A stretch of 61,644 bases of DNA from a virus (Duplodnaviria > Caudoviricetes): positions 1 through 61,644 of the IMG/VR virus record IMGVR_UViG_3300032069_000399. One strand, given 5' to 3'. The notes under the pieces are model-generated. The model saw nothing but the letters and a program-made list of their open reading frames with translations. It had not been told where the DNA came from and made no database searches. Positions within the stretch are counted from its first letter, which is position 1. Each line of letters starts with the position of its first letter. The translations under genes were made by a program, and so were the position numbers. This document shows positions 37,774 to 48,297 of the stretch, in pieces.

Positions 37774-38520
37774 ATGGGAATAACTCAGATAATCGATCCC
37801 TTTTACAGAAACCTCGATCCACAGTCCTTCAGAAAGCAATTCCAAAATGGTCAGATTGCGTGGGTGCCCGCTGCATTTTCCGTGGGACTCCCTATGGTCA
37901 TGGAGGTCGAGCGAGACACCCCCCAAGATCACTTCGCATCGAGATTCAAAATACGTCCAATGCTGGATACGGATTTTCGAAAGCGCAGTAAATTACCAAT
38001 AAAACTGCTGAACCTTGGGGAGACAGAGGAGCTCATTGTAAGCCGGAGCAAACTCCGCCCTGCACTCGTCTTTTTGGCTTCTCCGAGCGTGTTCCCTGAT
38101 TTGACCAAGGATCTCAAGAAGTTCGGCAAAGGATATCTGGAAGAAGACTGCGTGGCTGTGATTCCGCTATATAGTATTCAAAAGTTCGACAACGACACAG
38201 GATTTCCCGCTGTTATGATCGCCAGAATCAAGGCGCTCATGTACAACCAGTTTTTCTTCTGTCCAAAGCGGATTTCCGCCCTTCCCTACGACAGTCTCGC
38301 GAGGTTGGACAGGTTGTTTTTCATGCGACCAATCCATCCTGCGTTTCAACCAACCGATCTTGCCCTATCCGATGATTGCCTGCTGCTATTGAGTGTGATG
38401 CTGAGGCGATTTCTCAGGGTTGGCGGTTCAAGGGAGGAAGAGGAAGCCTTTTTGGCATTCAAAGAGCTGGCGTTGGAAACCCTGCCACCCGAGGCGAAAC
38501 CTCCGGCGGATGCCACGTGA
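37774..38520 (+). CDS. Putative toxin, PemK/MazF-like fold
   Basis: GQIAWVP...KLRPALVF...VAVIPLYS...DSLARLD; directly downstream of the Panacea gene. Confidence 0.5.
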   Translation: MGITQIIDPFYRNLDPQSFRKQFQNGQIAWVPAAFSVGLPMVMEVERDTPQDHFASRFKIRPMLDTDFRKRSKLPIKLLNLGETEELIVSRSKLRPALVFLASPSVFPDLTKDLKKFGKGYLEEDCVAVIPLYSIQKFDNDTGFPAVMIARIKALMYNQFFFCPKRISALPYDSLARLDRLFFMRPIHPAFQPTDLALSDDCLLLLSVMLRRFLRVGGSREEEEAFLAFKELALETLPPEAKPPADAT

Positions 38521-38525
38521 TAACC

Positions 38526-39020
38526 TCAGAGGCTACCTATTTGATCGCTCCTAAGCCTTTGGATAGATCCCCTCATTCCCTTCGCCCTGCAAAGTCCTAA
38601 ACGAATTCTTTTAACGCGACATCCCTCGTGTACCGCCTTGATCCACACACCGCCTCGCTTCTCGTTAACTGCTTGGAATGCACGCTGGAAAACGATACCC
38701 TCACGACTTGTCGCGATGTGAGCCGTTTCCCAATCGCTACGTGCTAGCGCTTTCGTTTCTACAAATGAGATTTGGAAGGGCCAGTAGCTTTGTTTTTCAG
38801 AAATTTCCTGCGGCCAGAAATGTTTTTGGTCGACTTTGGTTTTTGCCACTACACCATAACCAATCAGCCCCTTGACCGGCGCCATTGCATAGAAAAAAAC
38901 AGTATCACCCGGTTCAACCTGCCCCCACGCCTTGCTATGGCGCGGTGTGACTCCCCAGACCTTCTTCTTAATTCCGATCTCCCAATTGTCCGCTGGCCCA
39001 ATCGCAAGCCAATAGCTCAT
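38526..39020 (-). CDS. EVE domain protein
   Basis: MSYWL...NWEIG.KKKVWGV...VEPGDTVFFY...G.GVV; AGGAGGAG RBS. Confidence 0.8.
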   Translation of the reverse strand: MSYWLAIGPADNWEIGIKKKVWGVTPRHSKAWGQVEPGDTVFFYAMAPVKGLIGYGVVAKTKVDQKHFWPQEISEKQSYWPFQISFVETKALARSDWETAHIATSREGIVFQRAFQAVNEKRGGVWIKAVHEGCRVKRIRLGLCRAKGMRGSIQRLRSDQIGSL

Positions 39021-39169
39021 AGCTCCTCCTCCGGCGATCGATTTCTTCCGAAACTTGTTCGCTGCCACCTTTCCTGCTCAGTTCCCGTACAACCAAACCG
39101 CGCATGCAGACTGCAATTTGAAGCCAGTAATGAGGTGAAACCGCTGAACGAGGTGTGCCACAGCCGTTG

Positions 39170-41932
39170 TCAGGGCTCTGGTAGTAAGTCGCTCAGCGCC
39201 TTCAGCTTGACTACGTCGAATACTGATTGATTGACGCGGAGGTAGCGCCATGCGGTCCCTGTCGCCTCGGTGATGCGCTCGCACCACTCGCTTATCGCCT
39301 CATCCTTGGCTGCCGTGCCCTCCCACACCCGACCCTTCGTCTCGATGATCCAGTTGACCTCGCCGGCCTTGGTTTTCTGCACTACCAGCCAATCAGGATG
39401 ATAGAAGCCAACCGCACCACTGGGTTTGAGGTAGTCAACGCGGAACTGAGTGCCGGACTCGCCCTGCTCCGTGGTGCCGAGCGCGGCGAAACGCAGCACA
39501 TCGCCTGCCTTGTTGTCGAGGAACTCGGCGAAACGGCGTTCGAAGTCGTTGTAGGTGGCCACGTAGTTAAAGACAGTCTTCTTCGCGACGAGCGGCGGGG
39601 GCAAGTTTCTTCGCCAGCTAAAGTGCTTGGTCTCGGACAGCCTGTAGTCCGCCCGCTCGAACTCGATGGCACGGCGGTCGATGGTCAGCTCGGCGATCTT
39701 TCGGGCGAGGTACTTGGCGATGCCTTCTTGGATCTCCAGCCGCGAGAGGTGGGATCGCAGCGCGTCGCTCTCCATGTCGACCTCCCGGCCGAAGCAACGG
39801 GTGGCAACGTAGTCCCGCACTGCCGGGTACAGCTCGGCGAAACGATTCGGGAGCTTGGCTCGGTCGATGACCTTGTTGGTGATGGAACCCAGTAGTTGCT
39901 GGGGCGGCGGGAGCTCGCCCGTGCCGATTTCGGCCTGATGAACCTCCGTCTCCGTTGTCGCGAATTCGAGCTTTAGTCGGACCCGATACACCTCCGCGAG
40001 CTCTTCCTGCTCGAACACGGGCTTGAGCAACGCGACATCGAGATCCGATAACTTGCGGATGTCGTGCACCAGCCTCGGTTTGGTGATGGGGATCGCGATA
40101 TCGTAGGCAAGACGCTCCTGCACCGGCTCGATGATGATCGGCCTGGGAGGATCGGTCTTGGTCGTCGTAACTCCGACGCCTTCGGCTTCAAGCTGAGTGC
40201 GTAGGACGTTTAGTAGGTTGCGGGTGCCAAGCACCTCCAGAGTCTGTGTCCGGTCCGGGCTAACGTGCGGCATAAGTCGCAACCCGCGACCGATGACCTG
40301 TTCGGGCAAGATCTCGGCTTTGGCGGTGAAAGGCCGCAGACCGAGCACCACGGTTACATTCTTTACATCCCACCCCTCGCGCAACATCATCACGCTGACG
40401 ATGGCCTTGGTCTTGTTCTCGGGCTTGTCGATGTCGCGAGCCGCTTCGCGCGCTTTGTCGAGGTCGCCCTTGGTGATCTCGCCCTCGGAGTCAGTGTGAA
40501 TTACAAGGACTTCCGCCTCCTTAAAGCCGAACTCCTTGGTCTTCCAGAGGTATTCACCGAGTGCGTCGGCGTAGACGTTCTTCTCAGCCATGATGAAGAG
40601 CACGGGCTTGGTGTCGAGCTTCTTATATACGCCCCAGTGGTCTTTCCAGCGCTGGACGGCAGCTCGCAGCCAGTAGCCGTACTTTTCTGCGACGTTGTCC
40701 TCGGTGACATTCTCGGGGTCCTCCGAAGGCCGCTTGGGATCATTCTCCTTGGTGACGATCAGTGGCGCCTTGACGATGCGGTCCTCCACCGCTTGGGCAA
40801 GCGGATAGTCGCAGACCGTCCAGGGGAAGTACATCCCGTTCTGGTCCTTGGGCGTGGCGGAGAAGTCGAGCCAGAGACCTAGGCCCTTGGGGAGGGTTTC
40901 GTGAAGAGCGAGAAGCGACTGGCTCCACTTGAGGTCCTCGTCGTGGACATGGTGTGCCTCGTCGTTCATGACGACAAGATCCTTGAGCGACTTGATGCGC
41001 TCTAGCATGGAGCGCTGGGTGGCCGCCAGGTCCTTGGCCGGTTTCCTGCCGAGCAGCGCGTCCACCGCGTTCTGCGGTGTCCACTCCTTGTCGCGGGACT
41101 CGTAGAGCTGATGGATGTTGGTGAGGAAGAGGTTGCCCGAGCCGTCCGGCTCGGTGGCCTCACCGCGCAAGATCACCTTTGGCTCGAACGGCCGCCACTC
41201 TGGGGGAACAAGCGGCAGCTGCCTAAAGATGTTATTGCTGGCGAAGTCCTTCTCCAGTCGCTGGTAGACGATGACGTTCGGCGCGACAATCAGGAAATTG
41301 GTTGAAAGCTTCGATCCGGGCACGCGCTTCTTGTGGAAGTGCGACCAGATCACCGCCATCGCGATCACCCAAGTCTTGCCCGAGCCGGTGGCCATTTTGA
41401 ATGCGAAGCGCTGCAGGTCTTCCGGCGGCAGGTCCTGCACGCCCTCGCCATCAAGCTCCGGCACGTAGCGGCGGATCTGCCGCTTGCCGTCCATGGTAGT
41501 CTGAAACTCGATGTTCTTCGAAAGTAGGTCCTTCTGGTAAATCGTGGCATGAGACTGGATCAGGTTCTGTGCGTCGCACTCTCGGGCGATCTCGACCAGC
41601 CAGACAAGCGTCTCGATGGCCTCTCGCTGGCAGAAGTAGTATCGGAAAGGGATCGGAAAGTCCGCTACCTCGTGATCTTCGTCGAACCAGTATTCAAACA
41701 GCCGCCGGGTCACGTCCGACGCGCCAGGGTAGCCCTGCTCCCGCCATGCGTCCACTGCCGCACGGATTTTTGGCACCAGCAGCAGGAGGCTCGGACGTCG
41801 GCCCGAGGTGTCCTCCCGCCATCCCGTCGGGGCCGCATCGTCCTTCATAAGGAATGAGATTGGTTTTTCCCACGGACGTCGGCCGGGGATCTCGGGCAGG
41901 TCTTTGTCGTATGCGATGACTGCTTTGGCCAT
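39170..41932 (-). CDS. res: Type III restriction endonuclease Res subunit
   Basis: YFCQREA, MATGSGKT, NDEAHH, REGWD, Q.IGRGLR, C-terminal PD...IETKG. Confidence 0.92.
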   Translation of the reverse strand: MAKAVIAYDKDLPEIPGRRPWEKPISFLMKDDAAPTGWREDTSGRRPSLLLLVPKIRAAVDAWREQGYPGASDVTRRLFEYWFDEDHEVADFPIPFRYYFCQREAIETLVWLVEIARECDAQNLIQSHATIYQKDLLSKNIEFQTTMDGKRQIRRYVPELDGEGVQDLPPEDLQRFAFKMATGSGKTWVIAMAVIWSHFHKKRVPGSKLSTNFLIVAPNVIVYQRLEKDFASNNIFRQLPLVPPEWRPFEPKVILRGEATEPDGSGNLFLTNIHQLYESRDKEWTPQNAVDALLGRKPAKDLAATQRSMLERIKSLKDLVVMNDEAHHVHDEDLKWSQSLLALHETLPKGLGLWLDFSATPKDQNGMYFPWTVCDYPLAQAVEDRIVKAPLIVTKENDPKRPSEDPENVTEDNVAEKYGYWLRAAVQRWKDHWGVYKKLDTKPVLFIMAEKNVYADALGEYLWKTKEFGFKEAEVLVIHTDSEGEITKGDLDKAREAARDIDKPENKTKAIVSVMMLREGWDVKNVTVVLGLRPFTAKAEILPEQVIGRGLRLMPHVSPDRTQTLEVLGTRNLLNVLRTQLEAEGVGVTTTKTDPPRPIIIEPVQERLAYDIAIPITKPRLVHDIRKLSDLDVALLKPVFEQEELAEVYRVRLKLEFATTETEVHQAEIGTGELPPPQQLLGSITNKVIDRAKLPNRFAELYPAVRDYVATRCFGREVDMESDALRSHLSRLEIQEGIAKYLARKIAELTIDRRAIEFERADYRLSETKHFSWRRNLPPPLVAKKTVFNYVATYNDFERRFAEFLDNKAGDVLRFAALGTTEQGESGTQFRVDYLKPSGAVGFYHPDWLVVQKTKAGEVNWIIETKGRVWEGTAAKDEAISEWCERITEATGTAWRYLRVNQSVFDVVKLKALSDLLPEP

Positions 41933-41934
41933 GG

Positions 41935-43803
41935 CTACTTCACCTCCACGTCGAAGGCTTGCGAGGTGTCGTTTCCGAAGATGTCGATTACTTTTACGAG
42001 AATGCGGTACTTGCCTGGCTTCTCGTAGGTGTGTGGGTCGCAACTGATCGAGAGTTGGCGCTCCTTGCGTGTACGGTAGGCGACCCAGCCTTGCATGAAA
42101 GTGTCGTTCTGGAAATCCCAGTCCACCGCCCAGTAGTCGATGTAGTCCGACCACTTCTTCACTTTGCTGCGGACCTCTTCAGGGATCAGGTCGGTATTGG
42201 GGATGACGAAGTCCCTAAGGGCCACCTGCGCGGTGAGCTTCTTCGGCTGCTTAATCTCGGCCTCCAGGTAGGCCAGCTCGAAGAAGTGGACCTCGCCCTT
42301 GGCGGTAGCCTGCTGCTCCATTACCTCACGCGGGATGATGAGGAGCAGCAACTTCACGCCCTTCTTCTTGGCGGCCTCGACCATCAGGTCGTAAAGCCCC
42401 ATCTCCCACTCCCAGCCGAGGATGTGCAGCTCACCCTGCTTGAGCTTCGCACACTCCTCCACGGCTGTATCGATCTCGGAGATCGTTACGGGTGCGTCCA
42501 CCGCGCCGATGTGAACCATTGCCTTGCCCTTTTTGCCGTGCAATTGCGCCAAGCCAGCCACCGGCTGAGCACCGTAGAGCTTGAGGATGAAGGCGAGGTA
42601 CTCGTAGAGCGCCTGTTCGGCGAGCGGTTTGCCCTTCGCCTCGCCAAAGGTCACGCCCTGCCAGTACTGCCGTTCGTACTTTCCGAGGTTCAGTACTTCG
42701 AAAGGCTTACAGTTTTGTTCGTCTAGTAAACGCTTCCGCGTCAGATGAGTCGACCACCTGGAGAGATCGATGCCAATCCAGCGCATTTTCTGGCGCTCTG
42801 CCGCGATGAGGGACGACCCCGAGCCGACAAATGCATCGAGGAACAAGCCTTCCGGCTTTCCCGCAACCTGAAGAACTCTCTCTATCAGGTCGACAGGTTT
42901 CTGCGTTTGGAAATGAACCCACTCGCCCTTGTTCGCAGGCTGAAGACACCGAATTCGCCAAACATTATCGACCTGACGCTCGGTGCTTTCGTATGTGATA
43001 GTCTTGCCGGATTCATCTTTGTCATTGACGATCTTCCCACCGATAAAGCTGTACTTTAGCTTCTTTACCGGCTTTTCTCTTGGCTCAGATAGTGTGTGGT
43101 AAGTAAAGTTAGCGCTCCGATCTCGCAAGTAGTACAGGATTTGATCAAATGCTTTTGGGATGCACTTCTTCCGTGCGCCGTGGAGCTTGTTGTAGTAATA
43201 CCAAGCAATTTCGTTCTGGAAGTTCTCTTCTCCGAAGATTTCGTCCATTAGGCATTTCACGTAGGGTCCTGTGTGCGCATCGAGATGGACGAAGATGGAC
43301 CCAGTCTCAGCAAGTAGATCGCGAAGCAAAACCAAGCGATCTCTGATCATCTGTAGGTAGCTCGTATAACCGTCGCCCCAAGTATCCCGATAGGCTTTCT
43401 CCTCGATGATACTCGGTTCCTTTCCGGGCATAGCGTCATCGTCTCCTCCTACCATCGTTCTGAAGCTGAAATCTGCTCCAGTATCGAAAGGTGGGTCAAT
43501 GTAAATGAGGTCGATTTTGCCTGCGAACTTCTCCAGCAGTGACCCCATTACTAGCAGGTTTTCTCCCCAAATGAGCTTGTTCCGCCAACCCGCCTCGAAG
43601 GTGTCGCCCTCCTTGCCGTCGTAGACATCGAAGAGACCGCCCTGAACGCCACCCTTCTTCGCCTCGCGCGTAGCGCGGCTCTCGTTGACGGTCTCGATAA
43701 CCTGGAAGGGCAGGTTCACCCGCGGCACTTCCTTGCCCGTACCGTCTTCGTTGTACTTGCCGGGCCAAACAAGTTCGGTTTTTTTGATATCGATTTTTGC
43801 CAT
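41935..43803 (-). CDS. mod: Type III R-M Mod subunit (beta-class amino-methyltransferase)
   Basis: IYIDPPF precedes TQKP and DAFVGSG; AT-richer central TRD. Confidence 0.92.
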   Translation of the reverse strand: MAKIDIKKTELVWPGKYNEDGTGKEVPRVNLPFQVIETVNESRATREAKKGGVQGGLFDVYDGKEGDTFEAGWRNKLIWGENLLVMGSLLEKFAGKIDLIYIDPPFDTGADFSFRTMVGGDDDAMPGKEPSIIEEKAYRDTWGDGYTSYLQMIRDRLVLLRDLLAETGSIFVHLDAHTGPYVKCLMDEIFGEENFQNEIAWYYYNKLHGARKKCIPKAFDQILYYLRDRSANFTYHTLSEPREKPVKKLKYSFIGGKIVNDKDESGKTITYESTERQVDNVWRIRCLQPANKGEWVHFQTQKPVDLIERVLQVAGKPEGLFLDAFVGSGSSLIAAERQKMRWIGIDLSRWSTHLTRKRLLDEQNCKPFEVLNLGKYERQYWQGVTFGEAKGKPLAEQALYEYLAFILKLYGAQPVAGLAQLHGKKGKAMVHIGAVDAPVTISEIDTAVEECAKLKQGELHILGWEWEMGLYDLMVEAAKKKGVKLLLLIIPREVMEQQATAKGEVHFFELAYLEAEIKQPKKLTAQVALRDFVIPNTDLIPEEVRSKVKKWSDYIDYWAVDWDFQNDTFMQGWVAYRTRKERQLSISCDPHTYEKPGKYRILVKVIDIFGNDTSQAFDVEVK

Positions 43804-43806
43804 AGG

Positions 43807-46800
43807 TTACTCACCTTCCTGTGAAACGGGTGTGGCCTCAGCCGCAGCACGCCAGCCGTCGTCGAACATAAAGTGGTTTGCCTTCAGGGCAGGGTTCTGA
43901 ATGCGGTGTAACTGGAAAGAGTCACTCTCTGCTCGTTCGACGGCGTAGAGCCAGAACGAGTCGCCGAGATCCAACGCCTTGTCAAACTGCGGACGGGATA
44001 AGACGGCATATGTGTCGCTCCACTTTCCGGAGAACGACTTCACCTCAATATAGCGCACTACCTTTCCGGTGCCGTCGCAGGATTCCACATCGTACCCCGG
44101 ATTCTTGTGCGGCATCTCCGTTGGTGTGCGGCCCGCCGCGCGTTCGAAGTCCAGGACTCGCAGAATCCCGGCTTGGTCTACGGCGGACCGGCCGTCCTGC
44201 TGCGCGTCTGAATTGGGGGTTGCCTCAAATGGCCGAACTTCCGGTGCTGGGACGTAGCTCCTGAGCACAGGTCGACCCTTCTTCCTGCCCACTTTGCGTG
44301 ACGCGCCATCGCGGAGCCGATCGCTAGTGCTGGAGGGTTCGGTGTCCGGAGAGGAGATCGGTGGCGTCGGTGGTGGTGTGTTGCCGCCGAGAAGCCGCTT
44401 GATGGCTTCCTCGGGAGTGAGCGTCACAGCTCCCTCAGTCTCATCTACTGGCGCTGTGGCCGGAGGGATTTCCGTTCCGACCGGCGTCCCGGTGCCCAAC
44501 GTATCAACGGCCTCGTCCGTGGAAGTCGGTTCCGCTACGGACGTGTCCAACCTTGCAAAACCGAGCTCGTCCAATGTGGCTGCAGCTTCGTCCACAGATT
44601 CCGCGGCAAGCGCCTCCTTGAAGCCAGCCGCAAATCGTCCGGGGTCTTCCTCCGGGAACAATGCTGTGGCCAGCTCGCGCGCGATCGCTGCCCACGAAAG
44701 CGCGCCGTTGCCCTTGGTAAACAACAATGTTTCTCGCTCGGCTTGGTAGATGGCAGGAACAGGTTCTGAGGCACTTTGCAGTTCCCGATTGAAGGCCTGT
44801 AGTCGATACCTGATGGCGATCGCCGCGGCCGCCTGGCACTGAATGGCCTCCAGGCGCCTCAGAATCGCGGCCGTGTCATTTCCCAGGCTGTAGGCTTCCA
44901 GCACACGACCGATCTGATTGGTGCGGGCCCGGAGTCGTTCGCTCATCGCCGGATCGTCGACTGGGTCGACGCACTCCAGCAACTCAACCTGCACGGCGGT
45001 TCCGAGTGCTCGTACTCCCGCCTCGTCCAAGGCGCGGCCAGTGCCGATCGGTCGTTGGATTACATTGTTCGTGAGGAACGCGCCAAACTTCGCTGCGAGG
45101 CCTGCCCTGTTCTCAAAGAACATCCACTCGGGCAGATTGAGCACATGGCTGTCCGCGGGAACGCACTTCATTGACCGTAGTTCCCTTATCGGCTCCGTTG
45201 GTGCCGTGCCCTCTTCGAGAGCCCGGCCGATGACTCGCCAACACGCCATGAGTACAGCGTACGCTTCATCGTCCAGGGGACTATTCTGCGACCCGAAGTC
45301 CCCCGCTATCTCTCGTAGGACGCTAAGGCAATCTTCCCAGGACGGCGTCTCGCGTACGCCGAGTTGCTCAAGAAACCGTCCGTAACTGCGAAGATCCTCC
45401 CCGAGCCGCCGTCGGTAACGGCCGAAGGGGTGCTCGCCCCAGAACACCTCCTTCGCCGAGCGATAGGCCTCTCCAAGCCACAGGCACTTCTGACCCTTCA
45501 ACTGATTGAGCGCTGCCTCTCCTACTTTGTCGTTCAGGTAACGGTAGACCTCAGTATTCACAGGGATCTGCCTGGCTGCGTGATGAAGTAGGTGCTTAAC
45601 CACAAGGTTGGCTGTCGGCGTGAGATGGACACCGAGGAACTCCAGAAGGGGTCGGCTCGCGTTCTGAACGGTCGCCGGGAGATCCACGAACACGGCCTGA
45701 CTCTCGAAAAGGTAGGCCTGATATGTGGCGTGCAGCTCGCTCGGAGAATACCAGCGATCGGTCTGCCCACGTGCCGGAAGCCACCGGCTGCTCCGCAATG
45801 GCGTAAGCTCCGGAACGTCATCGCCGTTTTCCACACGAGTCCCAAGATGCGCCACGATCTTCTGGACCTGTTGAGCAAATGTCGGGGAGTACGTTTTAGA
45901 AGAGATGCCCTGTACAGTTGTGACGACATCTTCAAGTCGCGGCTTGCTCGCAACACCCAACCATTCGTAAAGGTCTCGGACCGCGACTTCGTGCCCTTCG
46001 GGCAGCGCCGCAAGCTTGGCGACACTGCCCAGACAATCTCGCACGGCGCTGTTATCGAAGTGGCACTCCTGAGCCTTTCGAAAGATCCCATCCGCGCATT
46101 CCACCAACGCCGTTTCCGCGAGTGCGATACGGGCTGCTTTGCTGTCCTTCAGCTCGCCAAGGTGACTGGCTAGGAGCAACGCCGCCGCCCGGCGCTTGGT
46201 CTCCGGGATTTCCTCTCGTTTAAGTGCTTCAGGCAGGCGAGAAGTCGCATACGTGAGGAAGTCCAACTCAGGCATTCCAAGGTCTTTCAGAAACTCCCGG
46301 CGCCCGCCAAGAGCGTCGACATCAACGAGTTCTGCCAGTCCGAGTGGATCGCTGAAGTTCCCCGGAAGCGCCATCTTGCCAAGTGGGCGGAGGCTGCCTG
46401 CAGTCGGGAAAAGCGGCAGAGCTCCCAGTCTGGTTTTCAATCGGGGATCCGAGAGGATCTCCTGACGTCGGTTCTCCAACCACTCGAACAGATGCTGCAA
46501 AGGCAACTCACCTTGTTGCCAGACTCGGCCAGGCTCTTGAGCTCCTCTGCCCAGGGCCGCCACGGCTGCGGCGGCATTGAAAGGTTGGCATAGGTGAGCG
46601 AGCGGCGAGAACGAGGGTTCGCTCGCTACAAAGGGAATACCCAAATCCAGGGGCTCGAACAGGACTACCGTCGCATCGTCCGCCGCGTAAACGTCTCCGC
46701 ACGGCCAGAAGGCACCGTCCCGCCCGGGGGCCAAAGCAACTTCACGCACTCGATGTTCGTCCTCCGCCTTCGCTTTTGGGGTGCGTTGCTGCCGTTGTAG

Positions 46801-48297
46801 CAGAATCGCGACCTCTTTCCACAACGCCTCGCGGCCCGTCTTTGTTTCCAGACCGGGGGGTAGCGCCTCCGGTACTGTACGGCGGATCAACCCACGCTCC
46901 ACTAGTGCTTGGCAGAGCTTGCTTACGCTGAGGAGCGGAATCCCGATGGCTTCCGATCTCAGCAGCCCCTGATAAGGGCGAAGATCCTCATGGACAACTT
47001 TCAGGCCTAGGGCTTCCAGAACGCAAAGGGAGTCTGCCTCTTCTTTTTGAAGCAGAAGACAAGCACTGGCGGGAGTCGCCCAGTCACCTATAGTAGTTTG
47101 AATGGTAGGGGAGTTGGAAAGCCGGCACGCGGCTTCTGTCCAAAAATCGGCCAGAGTGGGCTCAGCCCGTCCTTGTTGGCTTCTCTCAGCGGCTTCTTTG
47201 AGCCTTGAAACGAAACGCCAGAAGCACTGAGCACCAAGCAGGCGCGACAGTCTTATGACGGCATTGCCGATCGCGCGCGCTGCAGCTCGTAATGCTTCCC
47301 TATTCCACTCAGACTGGTAATCCCCTGCGAGGATCACCCCCTTTCGGTCATTGGCCGTGAAGAAGTCCGCATTTATGTGAAAAGGGAGGCCCTCATCCTG
47401 CTCGGTTGGCAGACATGCGCAGAGCAACCCGCTCTCTTCTGCCGTAGCTGGAATCGCAATTGTTACAAGCGAGGAGCGCTTGGGCTCGATGCGGTCGAGG
47501 TGTTTCTGACGCAGCTTACCAGCCTCCTCCGAGAAGTTACCGCGAACCACATGCCAGACGCGATCATTCTTCGGCTCGCCATCACTCAAAATGAGGCTAT
47601 TCTCATAGTCCAACCGCTCGAACCTGCGGAGCAAGCGCCCATCACACCGGGTTTCGATTGCTCGCAGCCGTTTGAGAAACAGCATTGCCACGGGCAGCGT
47701 CTGCTGCAAATCCTCGATCATTAGCCGCGGACTGTCGAGTGATACTGCTTCGGCCTGGAGTGCCTTTCGAAGTGTCGAATCAGGGTTCTTAGCCCAAGGG
47801 AGGATGAAACGTGTGCCCGGAGAATCGGGAGCAGAACATTTGGGACACCCAGGGCACACTTCGATACGTTGATCCTCCTGCCTGTCTTCGTTCAGTATCC
47901 AGTGACGCCTGGCTGAGATTAGTTCCGGACGGTCCGTGATTTGGTACACGGCGATGAAGCCAATGCCGAAAGCGCCCGTCGTGCCGGATTCGCCGCGCTT
48001 GTCTCCAGATGCGACGTGGCGAAGGCGGTGGAAATCACACCTGTGTTGACGGGCTGCGTCCAGTTTCCACGGGCATTCCGAACTCTCGATCTGATGGCAG
48101 TCACTAAAGACGCCATCATTATCCACGACGAGTGCATCGTCGCGCACGTCGAAGATCATCGAAGTGGCGTCCACAGCATCGTCCGCGTTCTGGATGAGCT
48201 CGTGCGCGAGGGTGCGGTAACCCTGAAGGTCGCGCAGTTTCGCGCCGAGGTCACCGAGGTAGTCAATACCGCGCGATAGGAACGTCACAGAGCTCAC
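43807..48297 (-). CDS. Sacsin-like GHKL ATPase with C-terminal DUF3883 (NOV_C) nuclease domain
   Basis: ELIQNADDA, DNDG, TGAFGIGF; C-terminal NPGYDVES...IEVKS; GTGA overlap with the upstream gene. Confidence 0.85.
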   Translation of the reverse strand: MSSVTFLSRGIDYLGDLGAKLRDLQGYRTLAHELIQNADDAVDATSMIFDVRDDALVVDNDGVFSDCHQIESSECPWKLDAARQHRCDFHRLRHVASGDKRGESGTTGAFGIGFIAVYQITDRPELISARRHWILNEDRQEDQRIEVCPGCPKCSAPDSPGTRFILPWAKNPDSTLRKALQAEAVSLDSPRLMIEDLQQTLPVAMLFLKRLRAIETRCDGRLLRRFERLDYENSLILSDGEPKNDRVWHVVRGNFSEEAGKLRQKHLDRIEPKRSSLVTIAIPATAEESGLLCACLPTEQDEGLPFHINADFFTANDRKGVILAGDYQSEWNREALRAAARAIGNAVIRLSRLLGAQCFWRFVSRLKEAAERSQQGRAEPTLADFWTEAACRLSNSPTIQTTIGDWATPASACLLLQKEEADSLCVLEALGLKVVHEDLRPYQGLLRSEAIGIPLLSVSKLCQALVERGLIRRTVPEALPPGLETKTGREALWKEVAILLQRQQRTPKAKAEDEHRVREVALAPGRDGAFWPCGDVYAADDATVVLFEPLDLGIPFVASEPSFSPLAHLCQPFNAAAAVAALGRGAQEPGRVWQQGELPLQHLFEWLENRRQEILSDPRLKTRLGALPLFPTAGSLRPLGKMALPGNFSDPLGLAELVDVDALGGRREFLKDLGMPELDFLTYATSRLPEALKREEIPETKRRAAALLLASHLGELKDSKAARIALAETALVECADGIFRKAQECHFDNSAVRDCLGSVAKLAALPEGHEVAVRDLYEWLGVASKPRLEDVVTTVQGISSKTYSPTFAQQVQKIVAHLGTRVENGDDVPELTPLRSSRWLPARGQTDRWYSPSELHATYQAYLFESQAVFVDLPATVQNASRPLLEFLGVHLTPTANLVVKHLLHHAARQIPVNTEVYRYLNDKVGEAALNQLKGQKCLWLGEAYRSAKEVFWGEHPFGRYRRRLGEDLRSYGRFLEQLGVRETPSWEDCLSVLREIAGDFGSQNSPLDDEAYAVLMACWRVIGRALEEGTAPTEPIRELRSMKCVPADSHVLNLPEWMFFENRAGLAAKFGAFLTNNVIQRPIGTGRALDEAGVRALGTAVQVELLECVDPVDDPAMSERLRARTNQIGRVLEAYSLGNDTAAILRRLEAIQCQAAAAIAIRYRLQAFNRELQSASEPVPAIYQAERETLLFTKGNGALSWAAIARELATALFPEEDPGRFAAGFKEALAAESVDEAAATLDELGFARLDTSVAEPTSTDEAVDTLGTGTPVGTEIPPATAPVDETEGAVTLTPEEAIKRLLGGNTPPPTPPISSPDTEPSSTSDRLRDGASRKVGRKKGRPVLRSYVPAPEVRPFEATPNSDAQQDGRSAVDQAGILRVLDFERAAGRTPTEMPHKNPGYDVESCDGTGKVVRYIEVKSFSGKWSDTYAVLSRPQFDKALDLGDSFWLYAVERAESDSFQLHRIQNPALKANHFMFDDGWRAAAEATPVSQEGE

